A DNA stretch of 64,000 bases, taken from assembly GCA_951406725.2 (NCBI GenBank), contig OX597822.1:83452001-83516000 (forward strand), written 5' to 3'. The stretch's first letter is position 1, and each line of letters begins with the position of its first letter. The notes below the pieces were generated by a model, which worked only from the letters and a program-made list of their open reading frames with translations, was not told the origin of the DNA and did no database searches. Below, piece after piece: positions 39,500 through 54,027 of this stretch. Origin of the DNA: Octopus vulgaris. Lineage: Eukaryota. The translations under genes were made by a program, and so were the position numbers.

Positions 39500-40900
39500 C
39501 TTATTATTATTCTGTTTGTCTGCGTATTGGCATATGGTTGATTTCTCAGTCTCTGGTCGATGCTTATATAGTTTATTTTCTGTTGATATTTCATAATACC
39601 GGCATATACAAATTCCAATTCTATCATTGCTATGGAAGCATTCTTACTAGGTGCTCGTAGGAAATGTTTAGTTCTCCTCATTTCCGCACATGTTGCAGTC
39701 ATGCTTTCGGCTTCATTATGTATTTTCGATTTTTGTAATGAGTAATGTTTACAGGAATGTTTCCTGGAACCAACTGTTCGGAATTCAGTCAAATATCTTC
39801 AGTAGACGTACCATGTTATTCCAAAATTTTTCCCTCTCTTTCTGTAGTTATCGTTCATTAATAACTGACCATTAAGTCCAATTAAATCTTTGTGTCCTGC
39901 CTTCTGATTCTCTGAAAAAAGTTTGTTTTCCTAGATATTTGTTTACTTTCAATGATATTATTAAAATCAATGTTTTGTATTTTGTAAGGAGACATGTTTG
40001 GGATCAGTAGTTTTGAAGGTTTATGATTTCTTTTATTTTCTTAATCAAAAGGGTTTTCCTTCTGTAAATTAGTCAGGAGCTGTCTCTAGCTATGTTAGTA
40101 TCTCATTAAACGTCTCTACTTGCACCTTACGCGTCCCTGTTAAAAAGATTTAAACCAGAGATTTAATATCTCATATTGCTTTTCCTTAAGGAATCTGTGT
40201 ATTTTCTGTAGTTATGACTTCGTATGATTGTCTACATCCTGTAAAGAACTATCTAGTCAATAGTGATATCTTCATTATCCATAATTCTCCTTTAAATTAT
40301 TCTACCTTTCTTGGCGTTCATGTTACATTGACTTCCCTTATATTCTTTTATCATGTTCGTGACAAAATCGTTTGACAGTTTTCATGCTCACACGTACCTG
40401 GAGATTTTACAAGCAAAGATCTTTTATTTTAAACGGTCTTTGTTTTCGACTTAATTCGGTTACTCATGTTATAATTTTATAACATTTTATCTCAGTTCCT
40501 TCTGTGTCTTTTTCAGTTTAGTTCTTTCATTTCTGACTTCATGCACTATCCTTGGATTTTAATATTCCCATTTTACTGGTTCTGAAGAAATAAGCACCTT
40601 CTTAACTACAGATGTTGTTGCATTTCATTTAACTTTATAATATTCATTTAATTCAACTTTATAATAACATTCCTATCTGCATATGCTTAATTATGACAGT
40701 GATGGCCAATTTTTCGTCTTTTCTTGCTATCTTTGCGGGCAATGTCTTTTCTAAGTTGTACAACTAATACATAAAGCTTTTCAAGATGAAAGCGAATTGT
40801 TTTATTTGAGAACGGTTACTCGCATGGATGACTACATACTTTCCAAAGAGAGAGAAAATTCACTCCAAAACCAAATAACTGCGTAAATTACAGCAAAATC
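39500..40900 (-). mobile_element. Possible heavily decayed LINE RT
   Basis: Weak minus-strand remnants only: KYLGK near 39925-39940 and an EKAF-like segment near 40770-40790. Confidence 0.3.
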
Positions 40901-41532
40901 TTTTGGAGGTGCCTTCATTCAGCAGAAAGTAGATTTTCAGTTAGGTAGAGAGATTTAATTTTGATTCTTAAAATACTTTTTTTATCAAATCTGTTCTCCC
41001 GCATTTGCATTTCATATTTCTTTTTGTTTATCTATTATTGTTGCTATTGCTATTATTGTTGTTGTTGTGGTTTTGGTGGTGTTGGTGAAGACAACAGTGG
41101 CGATGATGGTGGGTTTCTTCTTCGTCTGTCTCTTCTTTCTTCACTTGTGTTGTTTGTTTTCGTTGCTATTTTCGTTGAAGGTGGCGGTGGTATTTGCTGC
41201 GGAAAGACGTGCCAAATATCACTCTTGAGAGTTCATGAAATAAACGGAATACATTCGAAACTGAATGGACTATTTTTTTTTCTAACCAATCTTTATAGAC
41301 TGGAAGGCTTCTATTAATGAGTCATTTGTTAATTGGATAGTTTTAGGTTATGATTTGGATAAGTTGGATTACTTCTTGGGTCAGGAAGTTTGTGCGCATG
41401 TGTGTATATATGCATACAGAGATGCATACATATATATGCGTGTGTCTTCGTATACATATATGCATATCTGTCTGTCTGTCTATATGTCTGTCTGTCTATA
41501 TGTCTGTCTGTCTATATGTCTGTCTGTCTATA

Positions 41533-41627
<95 letters not shown>

Positions 41628-41772
41628 TTTATTTAAAGCAGCAGAAAATTCAACAAAACGTGTTACTCTGAGTAACAGGTTTTGTTGAATTTTCTGCTGC
41701 TTTAAATAAATATCACTGGTATTTGAGTACTCTTTTTTCCACCTTGTTTCACATTTATGTGTTTACTCCGGT
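41628..41772 (+). repeat. 83-bp palindrome (41628-41710, axis 41669, one mismatch) plus a tail into (TA)n; same family as 18095-18172
   Basis: tttatttaaagcagcagaaaattcaacaaaacgtgttactc-t-gagtaacaggttttgttgaattttctgctgctttaaataaa. The left arm is nearly identical to 18096-18140. Confidence 0.93.
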
Positions 41773-42457
41773 ATATATATATATATATATATATCACACA
41801 CGGGCGCGCTCGTGCACACGCGCACGCACGCTTGAGGAAAAGAAATCAAGTAAACGACAAGGGTATAAGAAATTATGTAATGAAGTCCATCAGCTTACAG
41901 TTGTTTCTGCTATAAGGTGCATTGCGCTCATAAAATTGATGTGCAATTTTATTTGGGAATAATCAATTATATCAATCGATTATTCTTATGCTTTCGTTCT
42001 GCAATTCCCCTCTACTCAATCTGTCAACTTGTCCTAAATATCTTTTTAGTTTTGTTTCTTTCTCGCAAATTCGTCTACGCCATTATGGTTCTATACGTTC
42101 TGTTTGTTCTCTGCCTTTGTATCCAATTCTATCTTCAGCAGCCATAGCTGCAGCACAAATAATCTTGTTAGTTTCTGTTGTATTTCTCGTCTGAAATAGT
42201 CCAAGAACCGAATCTATCTTTTCTGTTTGAACTTTGAGCTTGCGTCGATCAATGTACCTCAGGTTGGTGGGGGAGGTGCTTGATCCTGGTCTCCTCTAAT
42301 ATCTCGGCACAGCTTCCTCACCATGTCTTGTTGGTCATCATCGTAGTCTTGTGATATAGCTCCTCCTATTACTTCTGCTTCATTTGATCATTCTAAACAA
42401 ATCATTTGTGCTGATCGTTTAGTAAAGGCTGGACACTCTTCATCAGGAGAGTCTATC

Positions 42458-42538
<81 letters not shown>

Positions 42539-42572
42539 TGTTGTTGTTGTTATTATTATTATTATTATTATC

Positions 42573-42626
<54 letters not shown>

Positions 42627-42684
42627 GTCGTTGTTGTTGTTATTATTATTATCATTATTATTATTACTATTATTATTATTATTA

Positions 42685-42725
<41 letters not shown>

Positions 42726-42759
42726 GTTGTTGTTGTTGTTGTTATTATTATTATTATTA

Positions 42760-42821
<62 letters not shown>

Positions 42822-42827
42822 ATAATA

Positions 42828-42893
<66 letters not shown>

Positions 42894-42895
42894 GT
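42458..42895. repeat. Long compound (TTA)n/(TTG)n microsatellite, about 440 bp
   Basis: Read directly from the sequence. Confidence 0.95.
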
Positions 42896-42896
42896 T

Positions 42897-43090
42897 AAGG
42901 TGGTGAGCTGGCCGAATAGTTAGCGCACCGGACAGATTATTTGGGTATACTTTTGCCGATTCTTTACGTTCGGAGTTAAATCGATTCTGACTTACATCCT
43001 CTCTGGGTCGATAAAATACGCACCAGTGAAGTACTAATCGATGTTCTCATCGCCTCAAAATCGCTGACATTGTACCACAATTAGACACAA
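42897..43090 (+). mobile_element. Meta-domain-type SINE, diverged
   Basis: aaggtggtgagctggccgaatagttagc...catcctctctgggtcgataaaatacgcaccag. Confidence 0.7.
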
Positions 43091-43611
43091 TTGTTCCCCT
43101 TATTATCATTATTATTATTTTAGAGGTATCATCATTAGTTTTATTTTTTTTATTTCATAAAAGCAATAACGACATTAATTTTCACAGCAAATAAAGGATC
43201 GTCTGACTCCATCAGGAATAATGACAATAATAGAAATGGAAAGATAATAATAAAACGAAAATAGTTTTATTATATAAACCGATGAAGTAGAAGAGGTGAG
43301 GCAAAGAACTATATATTTCCACTTCATTTAACCAAAATATTTCATTCTCAAAAATCATCCTAACATATCTGTAAAAACTAGTCTCGTAATTTTTTTTATA
43401 GTAAAATACGAGACATTTGTGATCGATAAACTTCACTTCATACTACGGATGTGTGTGCGTATGTGTGGGTGTGTGTATTTGTGAGTGTGTATGTGCGCGC
43501 GAGTGTTTGTAAAAGAGAAATATTTGTATGTATGTTTGTTTATGAAAATGGATACATACATTATGACGTATATATACATAGAAACATATATAGGAGTGTG
43601 TATGTGTGTGA

Positions 43612-43660
<49 letters not shown>

Positions 43661-43965
43661 AGAAGAGACAGAGAAAGAGAGATAGAGAAAGGGAGAGAGA
43701 AAGAGAGAGAGACGTATAGATAGATGGATACTGCCTCATTTATTTTCCTTTAGTGGACATCTAATTTACAAGACATACATATATACATAATATATACATA
43801 TATATATATTGGTTTGAATTTCTCTGTATCAGTATGTTGGCATGGTTAAGTCTGGGCTGGTACTTTTCAATGAAGAATGTTTCCTTGTTTAGTCTAATTT
43901 GTGTTGATGATCCGATAGCATATTGGTAAAATGGAAAGATTAAAAATTGTGGTAGTAGTTGCTTT

Positions 43966-44019
<54 letters not shown>

Positions 44020-44106
44020 GTATATATATATATTTATGTATATATATATATGTATATATATATGTATATGTATATATGTATATGTATATATGTATATATA
44101 TATATG

Positions 44107-44175
<69 letters not shown>

Positions 44176-44252
44176 TGTGTGTATATGGAAAAAAGTCAAG
44201 GTAGACCTTGACTTTTTGCATCTATATCAACTTGTGTGTTCCATTTGAACCT

Positions 44253-44286
<34 letters not shown>

Positions 44287-44299
44287 TATATATATGTCA

Positions 44300-44960
44300 G
44301 CAGTTTTGCCTTAAGTGAGTCGGGCGAAGACCATGCTGATGTATGTCGGCGATGATCCAGACGCTTCCCTCCTCCATATAGACCCCGACATCGTGGATTT
44401 TCTCAGCTCTTCCATTTACCTGTGCTACCTAGCCACCAACATCTAGACCTGTCCCCGGAGATCAACCGCAGATGTGGTCTGGCCGCTGGGTTCATCTACC
44501 TTCTATTGAAGCCCATCTGACGCTACTGGTGTAATTCTCAGAAGATGAAGCTCCACATCTACAGCGCATCGACCTTCTTCATTCTTCTCTGTGGAGCAGA
44601 AATGGGATCCCTCTTGAAGGTCTCACCAAAGAGGAACGGCGGTTTCGATAGCAGAGCTGTTTGAACCATCAAGAACATCAGAAGATACCATCTTGTATCC
44701 AATAAAAAGTTGCCAGTCTTCCACGTCATAGTTATCCGTCACATGCGCTGGTACGGGCATGTCCTCTGTCTAGATCATCTTCTATGGCTTTACTCTCACT
44801 CAATGTAGCCGGTGCAGGATGGAAGAGACCCCGTGCCAGGTTGCTGAACGTGATTGGGGAACATCTCCAGAGGCTTGACACCACCTAGGAAGATGTAGAG
44901 AACCTGGCATGAAATCGCCAGCAATGTAGATCATTGATGGACCTGGTCGGGTCTTCGATG
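44300..44960 (+). mobile_element. Decayed RTE-clade LINE 3' region
   Basis: Hand translation gives KLHIYSAST..ILLCGAEM (cf. KLRIY.A.V...LLYGAETW) at about 44548-44605 and MRWYGHVL at about 44743-44766. Confidence 0.7.
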
Positions 44961-45229
44961 CTGACGCCTCAGGGAACACAAGAGCACGAAGCCAGCCAAT
45001 GAGAGGTTGCCAAACCGATCCCTTCAACTATAATCGTTCAGGTGGCATTTCTTCGTCCTAGAACCAAAGTAGAAGTTACTTGCCTAATGGACCGCACACT
45101 GGTACTATAATTGGGGAGCAAGCACGGTAGCCACAAAGACAGAGAGATAGTTTAGAAATGACTTGAAGTACGAGATTTTCACCTCAACAATGTTGTTATA
45201 TATACAGGAATGCAGGAGAAGAGATAAGG

Positions 45230-45430
45230 GTTTCAAATTTTGACCCAGGGTAGCGATTTTAGGGGAGAACACTACATTGACTCCAGTGTTGAATTAAAAC
45301 ATATTTTCTCGAACCTGAAGGGATGAAAGGTAAAGCAGATCTCCGTGTAATTTGAAATCGGAACATAATGAGTCGGAAGAAATACTGCTAAGCATTTCAT
45401 CCGACGCACTAACGCGTCTATCATTCCGCT
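45230..45430 (-). mobile_element. Meta-domain-type SINE, diverged
   Basis: gggatgaaaggtaaagcagatctccgtgtaatttgaaatcggaac...gaaatactgctaagcatttc. Confidence 0.65.
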
Positions 45431-45599
45431 GGATTTTGAAAGGAAATAATCATTCAGAGGTTGTAATGATGAATATTTCTTTTTCTCTACTACGTTGTCT
45501 ACAACAGTTGATTTGAAGTAACATTTACAGAATGGACTATTAAAATAAGAAGAAATGGTATAAAGATAATATAAAATGAAATTTAAAAAATTAAAATAT

Positions 45600-46970
45600 A
45601 CAAATCAAGAAAATAATGAAGGAGGGAAAATTCAAGACCTACTCAAAACATTTTACATCCGCAAGCCACAATTATTGACTTCAAAGTTAATATAATTATG
45701 ACAGAAGGAAAACCGTGCTATTCCACAAAGATTCTTGTTGAGTTAGAAAGAAAAGTGATGAACTCTTTCAAGTCGTCATGTAGAACAACGATGTCATTGA
45801 AATCGCAGACTTTGTGATTCTCTTCGTTCTAAACAAATATGTCTGACATAGGACTCTAAAGAGATGAGATGTTGAGGCTGTTACATAACAGAAGCAGGCA
45901 TACTTGAACAGAATTAGAGATAAAATACTAGAATAATAACATAACTTAAACCTTTGTTAACATTTAACATTTTAATAGTTAAATAAGTCGACGAGCTGGC
46001 AGAACCGTTACCAGGCCGGGCAAAAATGCCCAACGACATTTCTTCTGAGTTCAAATTCCGCCGAGATCGACTATGCCTTTCTTCCTTTCGGGGTCGATGA
46101 TATAAATACTAGTTGAAGACTGGTTTCATTGTAATCGACTTACTGCATTCTTCGAAATTGCTGGCCTTGTTTCAAAAATTGAAATTAACATTAGAAGAAT
46201 CAATACATGTGTTAAGATTCTTAACCAAGAATCTTAGCACTGCTTAACACAACCCCTTTCCCGAAAAGTAATGAGAAATTACCTTTAAAACTAAAGGCTC
46301 GAACCATCGACTATCAGTTACTAAACAAGTTACCAACATTCTCGCTCATCTCCAGATAAAACTATTGCAATGTAACGCAGTAAAGCTGCTTCCCATTGCA
46401 ATAGCACACTAACGAGAAGAGCTAGAAACAAAATATTACCCGCATCAAATTCAACCGAACTAGTAAAATCATGTGGTTAAATCTACCATATAGCATCAAT
46501 GTATCAATAAGTGCAGCATGTTCATCAATATCAAGTTTCCATCCCAGATAGTTGTCGCAAAATATTCAATAAAATCAACGTAAAAAGTGAGCTTAATATT
46601 TGCCTCCTCGACATAGGTTTTCAAGTATGTAGCCAGAATAACTATACTAATATAACTACACCATAACCTTTAAGTACCTGAAGATCCCTTGGCCACTGAA
46701 TTCCAAGAAGCAAATGCTTGAAGAAGTAGCTGGTAGAAAGAGCTGATATTTCAGGACTCGATCCGCTAAAATGTTACTTTGGACTAACAGGGAATATCCT
46801 AATAGGATGATTTGCACAACGTGTGACTGCGTTCACAAATAGAAACAAGTACTGTATATCGCCACTATCTAGATCCTTGGGGAACCGGAAGGACGTTATT
46901 ATCAACACAAATGCATAGAACGAGGTACTAGGAGTAATATTTCTACTAGTTTTGATCAAAGATAAAATTT
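45600..46970 (+). mobile_element. Decayed Penelope-like element ORF (RT plus GIY-YIG endonuclease), interrupted by a Meta-type SINE at about 45985-46190
   Basis: Motifs occur in the expected order: RKTVLFHKDSC*VRKKSDELFQVVM*NNDVIEIADFVILFVLNK (45706; cf. LFDVTMGS.DGAE.CELVGL.IL), IGL*RDE (cf. GLYRDD), GSNHRLSVTKQV (46296; cf. SNHP), NRTSKIMWLNLPYSINVS (46453; cf. R.IIWFNPPYS.NV), KIFNKINVK, and CYFGLTGN...AF...PLS (46772; YIG motif). Confidence 0.8.
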
Positions 46971-47002
46971 GAAATCCCATTCAAATATATATTATCTATA
47001 GG

Positions 47003-47049
<47 letters not shown>

Positions 47050-47056
<7 letters not shown>

Positions 47057-47406
47057 AGATGTGACAATTATTCGGTTGCCATAATAACACTCCGCGTTTC
47101 GGATGTCGGGGCGGAAATCTGCTCCGGCATCTCGTCAGTTATTAAGAAAAAAACGAAAATGCTATGAAAATGACCGGGAAATTACTAAGACGTTCCTTGC
47201 CTTTGTTTAACGGTCATTTTCATAACATTTTTGCTTTGTCTTAATAACTGACGAGATGCCGGAGCAGACTTCCGCACCGACATCTGAAACTCGGAGTTTT
47301 ATTATAACAACCGAATAATTGTCACATCTTATTTTACAGAGATATTCCTCTATTTACATAATATCGAGCTCCCATTCTTTCTTTTGTTGTCACGCTATTA
47401 CTATTA
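47050..47406. repeat. Fold-back element (47050-47336, arms about 126 bp, 34-nt spacer) plus a 70-bp tail, between (TA)n tracts; pLTR-like, with an HHR in each arm
   Basis: Outer ends taaaataagatgtgacaattattcggttg / caaccgaataattgtcacatcttatttta. Inner ends tatgaaaatgaccg / cggtcattttcata. Confidence 0.92.
47242..47304 (+). ncRNA. Type I hammerhead ribozyme motif (family A)
   Basis: UAAUAA-CUGACGA-GAUGcCGG...CCGaCAUC-u-GAAA-CUC g GAG-UU-UUAUUA. It has a 6-bp stem I, a long stem II, a palindromic stem III and a GUU site at 47298. The mirror copy at 47082-47144 (minus) has GUG and a stem III mismatch. Confidence 0.75.
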
Positions 47407-47470
<64 letters not shown>

Positions 47471-47702
47471 TTGTGTGTGTGTGTGTTTGTGTGTATGTGT
47501 TTTTCCGCCAACATCGCCTGACAACCGATGCTGGTGTGTTTACGTCCCCGTAAGCTAGTGGTTCGGCAAAAGTGAACGGGAGAGAGGGAGAGAGGGAGAG
47601 AGAAAGACCTTCTTAGCTATTAATACTTAAGAGGACTATTTTGATAGCCTACTAGACAATCTACTATATAAATAGTAATTGTGTATTAACTGTATAACTG
47701 TA

Positions 47703-48107
47703 GGCGCAGGAGTGGATGAGTAGTAAGTAGCTTGCTTACGAGCCACATGCTTCCTAGTTCAGTCCCACTGTGTGGCACCTTGGCTAAGTGTCTTCTACTA
47801 TACCCTCGGGCCGACTAAAGCCTTGTGAGTGGATTTGTCGTATATATATGTATGTGTATGTGCATGTGTGTGTGTATTTGTGTGTCTGTGTGTTTGTGTG
47901 TCTGTGTTTGTCCCCCAACATCTCTTAACAATGACCACCGATGCTGCTGTGTTCACGTCCCAGTAACTTATCGGTTCGGCAAAAGAGACCGATAGAATAA
48001 TTACTAGCCTTGCAAAGAATAGGCCCTGGCATCGATTTGCTCTACTAAAGACTGTGCTCCAGCATGGCCGCAGTCAAATGGCTGAAACAAATAAAAGAAT
48101 AAAAGAA
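47703..48107 (+). mobile_element. CORE-type SINE, near full length
   Basis: Head taggcgcaggagtgg through tail ctccagcatggccgcagtcaaatggctgaaacaaataaaagaataaaagaa. Confidence 0.88.
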
Positions 48108-48369
48108 CGGTATCAGCTTTCAGTTATTTGCTTCAAAAAATTATTGATGCTGCAGTTAAGATCCGAATTGATGCTAATTGATCTTGACATTGTTAAAACA
48201 TGGATGATTTACAGCCATCTCAGGAATACAACAAAAGTCAGTAGTAGGCAGTAGTTTGCAAGAGATCGGGGATTTAGTGTCAAAGATCAGTATTGTTGCT
48301 GTACTGTCGCTTATGGTTCATTCGAAGTACTTGGATGACATGTGTATGAGTGAGATTTGTTAAACTAAA

Positions 48370-49100
48370 ATGAATGACGCGTAACTTAAACAGAAGTTCC
48401 TCATAACAGAGCACACCAGATTTATATCTCTACTTTAAGGAATATTTCAGCACAACGTTAACATCGAAAATTCTTTCATAACATAAATCGATATTAGGTT
48501 CGATTAGTTTGGTCAAGGTAACTACTGTATTCGAAGAACGAAATACAAAAAGACTCATTGAATGAGCATGTACCATACATTACACATACCAAAGATGTTT
48601 AAACAACTATAACTGTGAAATCTATTATTCATTACAAGTGTGGACTTCATACAATCGGATATGACATTGTGTTTCATTAAATTCAACATTTCTCTCGAGA
48701 TTAATGACCATCATATACACAGACTATCGTTATCAATATGTGTCTTTTATATGGAACTCTCTTGCATTCGGAAATCCAATTAACACATTATAAACATTCA
48801 GTCGGTCTGTAGCTATGAAGCGAAAAGAGGGTAATGTGTGGAACAACTTCATAAGCAAATTGAAGTTAAAATGCACGACATAGAAATGTATTTACATTAC
48901 AAGGATAGAAAAGGCAATATATTTCCGGTTAAAGTGAATAACACCAATTTGGTTATGTTGATGGATGGCAGTGAGGCTAATACATTAGTTCCAAGAAATT
49001 TTACGTTATTTATTGGCCAAACCTTCTCACAACTCTTCCATACTTCAGTTAGTTTGATAAATCACAAATTAAAAATACAGCCATCTTGGAATGTTTCCAA
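48370..49100 (+). mobile_element. Possible decayed Ty3/Gypsy gag-protease remnant
   Basis: ORF 48838-49128 contains IFPVKVNNTNLVMLMDGSEANTLVP, resembling the retropepsin pattern V.VNG..V..L.D(T/S)GA..T. No LTRs were seen. Confidence 0.4.
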
Positions 49101-49379
49101 GAGAAAGGGTCTCGATTTAAAAATCTAAATGCAATATTCACGAGCCTCAGTTAAGTCGTACCCTTGTTCAACTGTTTTACTAACTATTAAAAGTGCACAA
49201 CAAATCAATTCAAATGTGCATATCCTGAAGACCTACCTATCTGACTGGTTATCTGTCTATCTGTCCCTACTTCACTTTCTCTCTCACTGTACACGCGCAC
49301 ACACACATATATACATACATACACACATACATACATACATACGTACATACATACATACATACATACATACACACACACA

Positions 49380-49461
<82 letters not shown>

Positions 49462-49523
49462 AGTAATGTAGGATAAGATTTCTTTCGGGAAAAAAATTTT
49501 ATCAATGGCCAGCATACATATAT

Positions 49524-49556
<33 letters not shown>

Positions 49557-50311
49557 TACATATATATATATCAATATATTCCAATATCGATACTTCTAAA
49601 GCGATTTAATTCAACTGGAAGGTGAAAACTATTTCGTCTATCCTTATAGTTGCACTGTTTCATATAACGTAACTATAAATCTGATGACGCATATATAAAT
49701 TCGATAAAGTTATGATTGTTGCTTTCAAAAATCAATATTCATTTTCATGATTTACATTCAACATTTTATTGCAATTATTTTCCCCGTTCCATGCTATTGT
49801 ATTAATTTTATTTCACTTCTTTTTTCAAATAATTCACTGTAACTCTACACATTATTTAGATTAAGCTCCTTCAGTTGTTTCCTTTTTGTTTACTTTTTTT
49901 TTGACCAAATATATTTTCTGATCACAAGGAGATGTAAAACTTGTATATATTATGCATTTTTACGAACAAGAAGCCCCAAAACAGTGATGTATACTTGTCT
50001 AACGATATATTTTACAATATAATGACAAAAATCAATTATCAATTAAAATTCGAAAAATTTTATATCTAAGGTTAGAAGTATATTTCAGTATTTATCTGTG
50101 TGTGTGTGTGACTATATATATATATACACACACACATATAGCTACGTGTATATATATATAAACAAGTACACACATACGTACACACGACATGCGTATACCT
50201 GTATAACGATATGTTATTTATAAAAGATATACAGAAATATAAATATATGTATATATATGCATGTCTACATATGTATATATCTACATCTACATATAAATAA
50301 ATAAATATGTA

Positions 50312-50362
<51 letters not shown>

Positions 50363-50432
50363 GTACACACATACATATGCGTGTGTACGTACATATATAT
50401 ATAATAAGGGACAGACAACAGACAGATAGATT

Positions 50433-50481
<49 letters not shown>

Positions 50482-51441
50482 GTAGATAGATAAAATGTAC
50501 AGCTATTCAGACTCACGCATAGAGGTACATACAGACGTTCACTCACACGTAAACAGACACACACACGTATATTTGAATATATGTGTCTGTGTCGGCGAAT
50601 TATTGTTTTTTCCTTCGCAAACAAAATTCGTAGTTGTAAGTGGATAAGCTATATAGACTTTAACGTGTGCATCTTTCTCATAATTACAGAGAGACACACG
50701 TGTATAATTACATGTATGTGTGTGTGTGTGTATGTGTGCGTCGCGTGCGTATGTATGTCTGTGTATACAGTGCAACAATGTCTCGTAAGCAGAACCTTGG
50801 AAGTCGTGCATATATCTATAAATTACGCCGCTTGATTGGATTAGTTTCTTAGAGCTACGAAGGATAACATTTGTTGTGGAATGGATCTCAGTTTCATTGC
50901 CATGCTAATAACACATGGCGTGAAGAGACAGATGTCTGTGGTCGTTGAACCATCGATGTTTGATGACATAAGTAAACACCAATTTATTTATAAATAAATT
51001 TATAAATTTATTTATAAACCATATTTATAACAACGGATAAGACGAAATCTCTCCGTTCTCGGAACAAATATGAGGCAATGAATTAGTTAAGCGGCTTACA
51101 CTAAACAGCTAACATCGGATCGCCATCAAATCAAACGATTTCGTTTGACAGAAGCATGACACATTAAATAATGTGGTCTTAGGTGCACAATGTTTGAAGG
51201 TATAAGGGGTAGTGGAATGTTAATAATAATAAATCTGTTGGGTTATTGTTACGACGGTGCGAAACCACTAAGCGAGTATACAGTGGAAACAATGATATAC
51301 AAATTGCTATTATTATGATGTGGCATGGCGCTCGACAAGCGTCGATGGATCAAATGATGAAAGACACTACGATGCTTGACAAAAAGCAAAGAGACTAAAC
51401 TTTTTAACCTATAGAATCATTATCTTGTAATTCTAATAAAT

Positions 51442-51712
51442 ATTGGTTTTAAATTTTGGCACAAGGCCAGAAATGTCAAGAGAGGGGGGCAAATTGATTA
51501 CATCGATCCCAGTACTCAACTTTTACCTATATTATCGATCTCGAAATGATTAAAGGGAAAGTCGACCTCGATGGAAGACGAAATGCGGCTAAGCGTTTTG
51601 CCCGACGCGGTAAAGTTTCGACCAGCTCGTCGCCTTCATTCTATTAAATATTCTTTTCTACTCTAGGCACAAGGCCCGATCGACCCCAGTACGCAACTGG
51701 TACTTAATTTAT
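51442..51712 (-). mobile_element. Two Meta-domain-type SINE fragments
   Basis: ttttggcacaaggccag...gtcgacctcg...ccagctcgtcgcctt, followed by tattcttttctactctaggcacaaggcccg. Confidence 0.75.
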
Positions 51713-51827
51713 GGTGTGAGCGGATAGCACGGGGTCCAAGTCATGTATCTTAATGGCGGTACCAACATCATTTGGGCAATGCTGATGGAATATTTTCCAC
51801 ATCATTGAGATGATATAGTGCTAAGAG

Positions 51828-52645
<818 letters not shown>

Positions 52646-53809
52646 CTGAGGATGTAAAATGTTTTTGATGTAAAGTGTGATTGTTGTTTACAACAGATGT
52701 TCTGTCGTGTTAGTGGTAATGAAAGAGATAAAAGATTCAGCAACCACTACGTGAAGCCTGTTGTTTTGAAGTTACGCTGCTATATGTTTACTGTAAAACG
52801 TGATTGTGATGCAGTCTGTGTGGCCCTATAACGCCGTGCACTCGCGCGCGCGCGCATGTGTGTGTTTGGTTGAACTTTGGAATAATCTTGTAGGAAAAGA
52901 AAGAAATACAGGAAAAGATAGATGGTTTTTGTAACTCATTCGGGAAATTTCAAGTTCTACATGAGTTGTTGCTATATATTAATTACTTAAGCTTCGCAAT
53001 CCAAGTGGTAGTTTTCCTGGCCAGCATCTTGTACAGATTCTCAAGGGCTTGCTTTACATTTTTCATCGAGTAATTTATGTTTGCTAATTTATGAAACATT
53101 TTATTTCGGTAGACGAAAGTAGATGTTATAGCCATAATTTCGTATCAAAGAAGTGGAATCTTTTTTGAGTACAGGGAATAATGTGAAATATTACAAGTCA
53201 AAGAATTGATGTTGAACTGAAAGAAAAAAACAGGAATACAGACATATGAATATTTGCATATCTTAAATTATGGCATTCTGTAGAAGCATTACTTTATGCA
53301 TCATAAACACACGATCATGATTAGAGAAGACATTTAAATTTATATGACTTGTGTATTGATAAAAAGCATTACCTAATACAGCGAGTAATATTTTAGGCAA
53401 CGGTCTCTATCTTGGCAAAACACAGAGCACTGCATTGATCAGTAATTCCTTCTCTTCTCTTTCTCTTTTCTTATTTTATATATTTTTATCCTTGATGAAC
53501 GTTTTTTAAAAATCTTTTCTTGATTGTCAGATCTTACATGGCCTTCCACCCGGTCCCCATGGTATATAAGGGACCAAAATCATGATGTTATCTTTGAACA
53601 GAACGCCAATTTTTTGTGAGGAGGGGAGGAATCGGTTACATCAGCCCCGGCACTTGACAGACAGTTTATCTCATCAACCTCGAAAGAATAAATGGTTAAG
53701 TTAACCTCATCGAGATATGAACTCTGAAAGTAAAAAGACCGAAGAAATGCGGCTAAGCCTTTTATCCAACCAGCTCGTCAGCTTTTCGCACACTTTATAA
53801 CACATGAAA

Positions 53810-54027
53810 TATTCTTTTCTACTCTAGGCACAAGGTCCGAAATTTTGGGGGAGGGGGCAAGTCGATTAGATCGACCAAGGTACACTAATGGTACTTAATT
53901 TATCGACGCCGAAAGAATGAAAGGCAAAGTCGACCTCGGCGGAATTTGAACTCAGAACGTAAAGACAGACGAAATACCGCTAGGCATTTCACCCGGCGTG
54001 TTAACGTTTCTGCCAGCTCGCCGCCTT
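53810..54027 (-). mobile_element. Meta-domain-type SINE, full length, 12-bp TSD; an older copy lies just left at about 53600-53785
   Basis: Near-consensus sequence. TSD acatgaaatatt at 53802-53813 and 54032-54043. Confidence 0.92.

Noticed and set aside
42410-42455. Minus-strand CTGATGA...taaacgatc as an HHR
   Set aside because: G12 is absent and stem I does not close; at best an old remnant.
49677-49720. aat-CTGATGA-cgca...GATA as an HHR
   Set aside because: GAAA is mutated and stems II and III do not pair.
50981-51018. Overlapping A/T-only palindromes
   Set aside because: Low complexity, readily produced by slippage.
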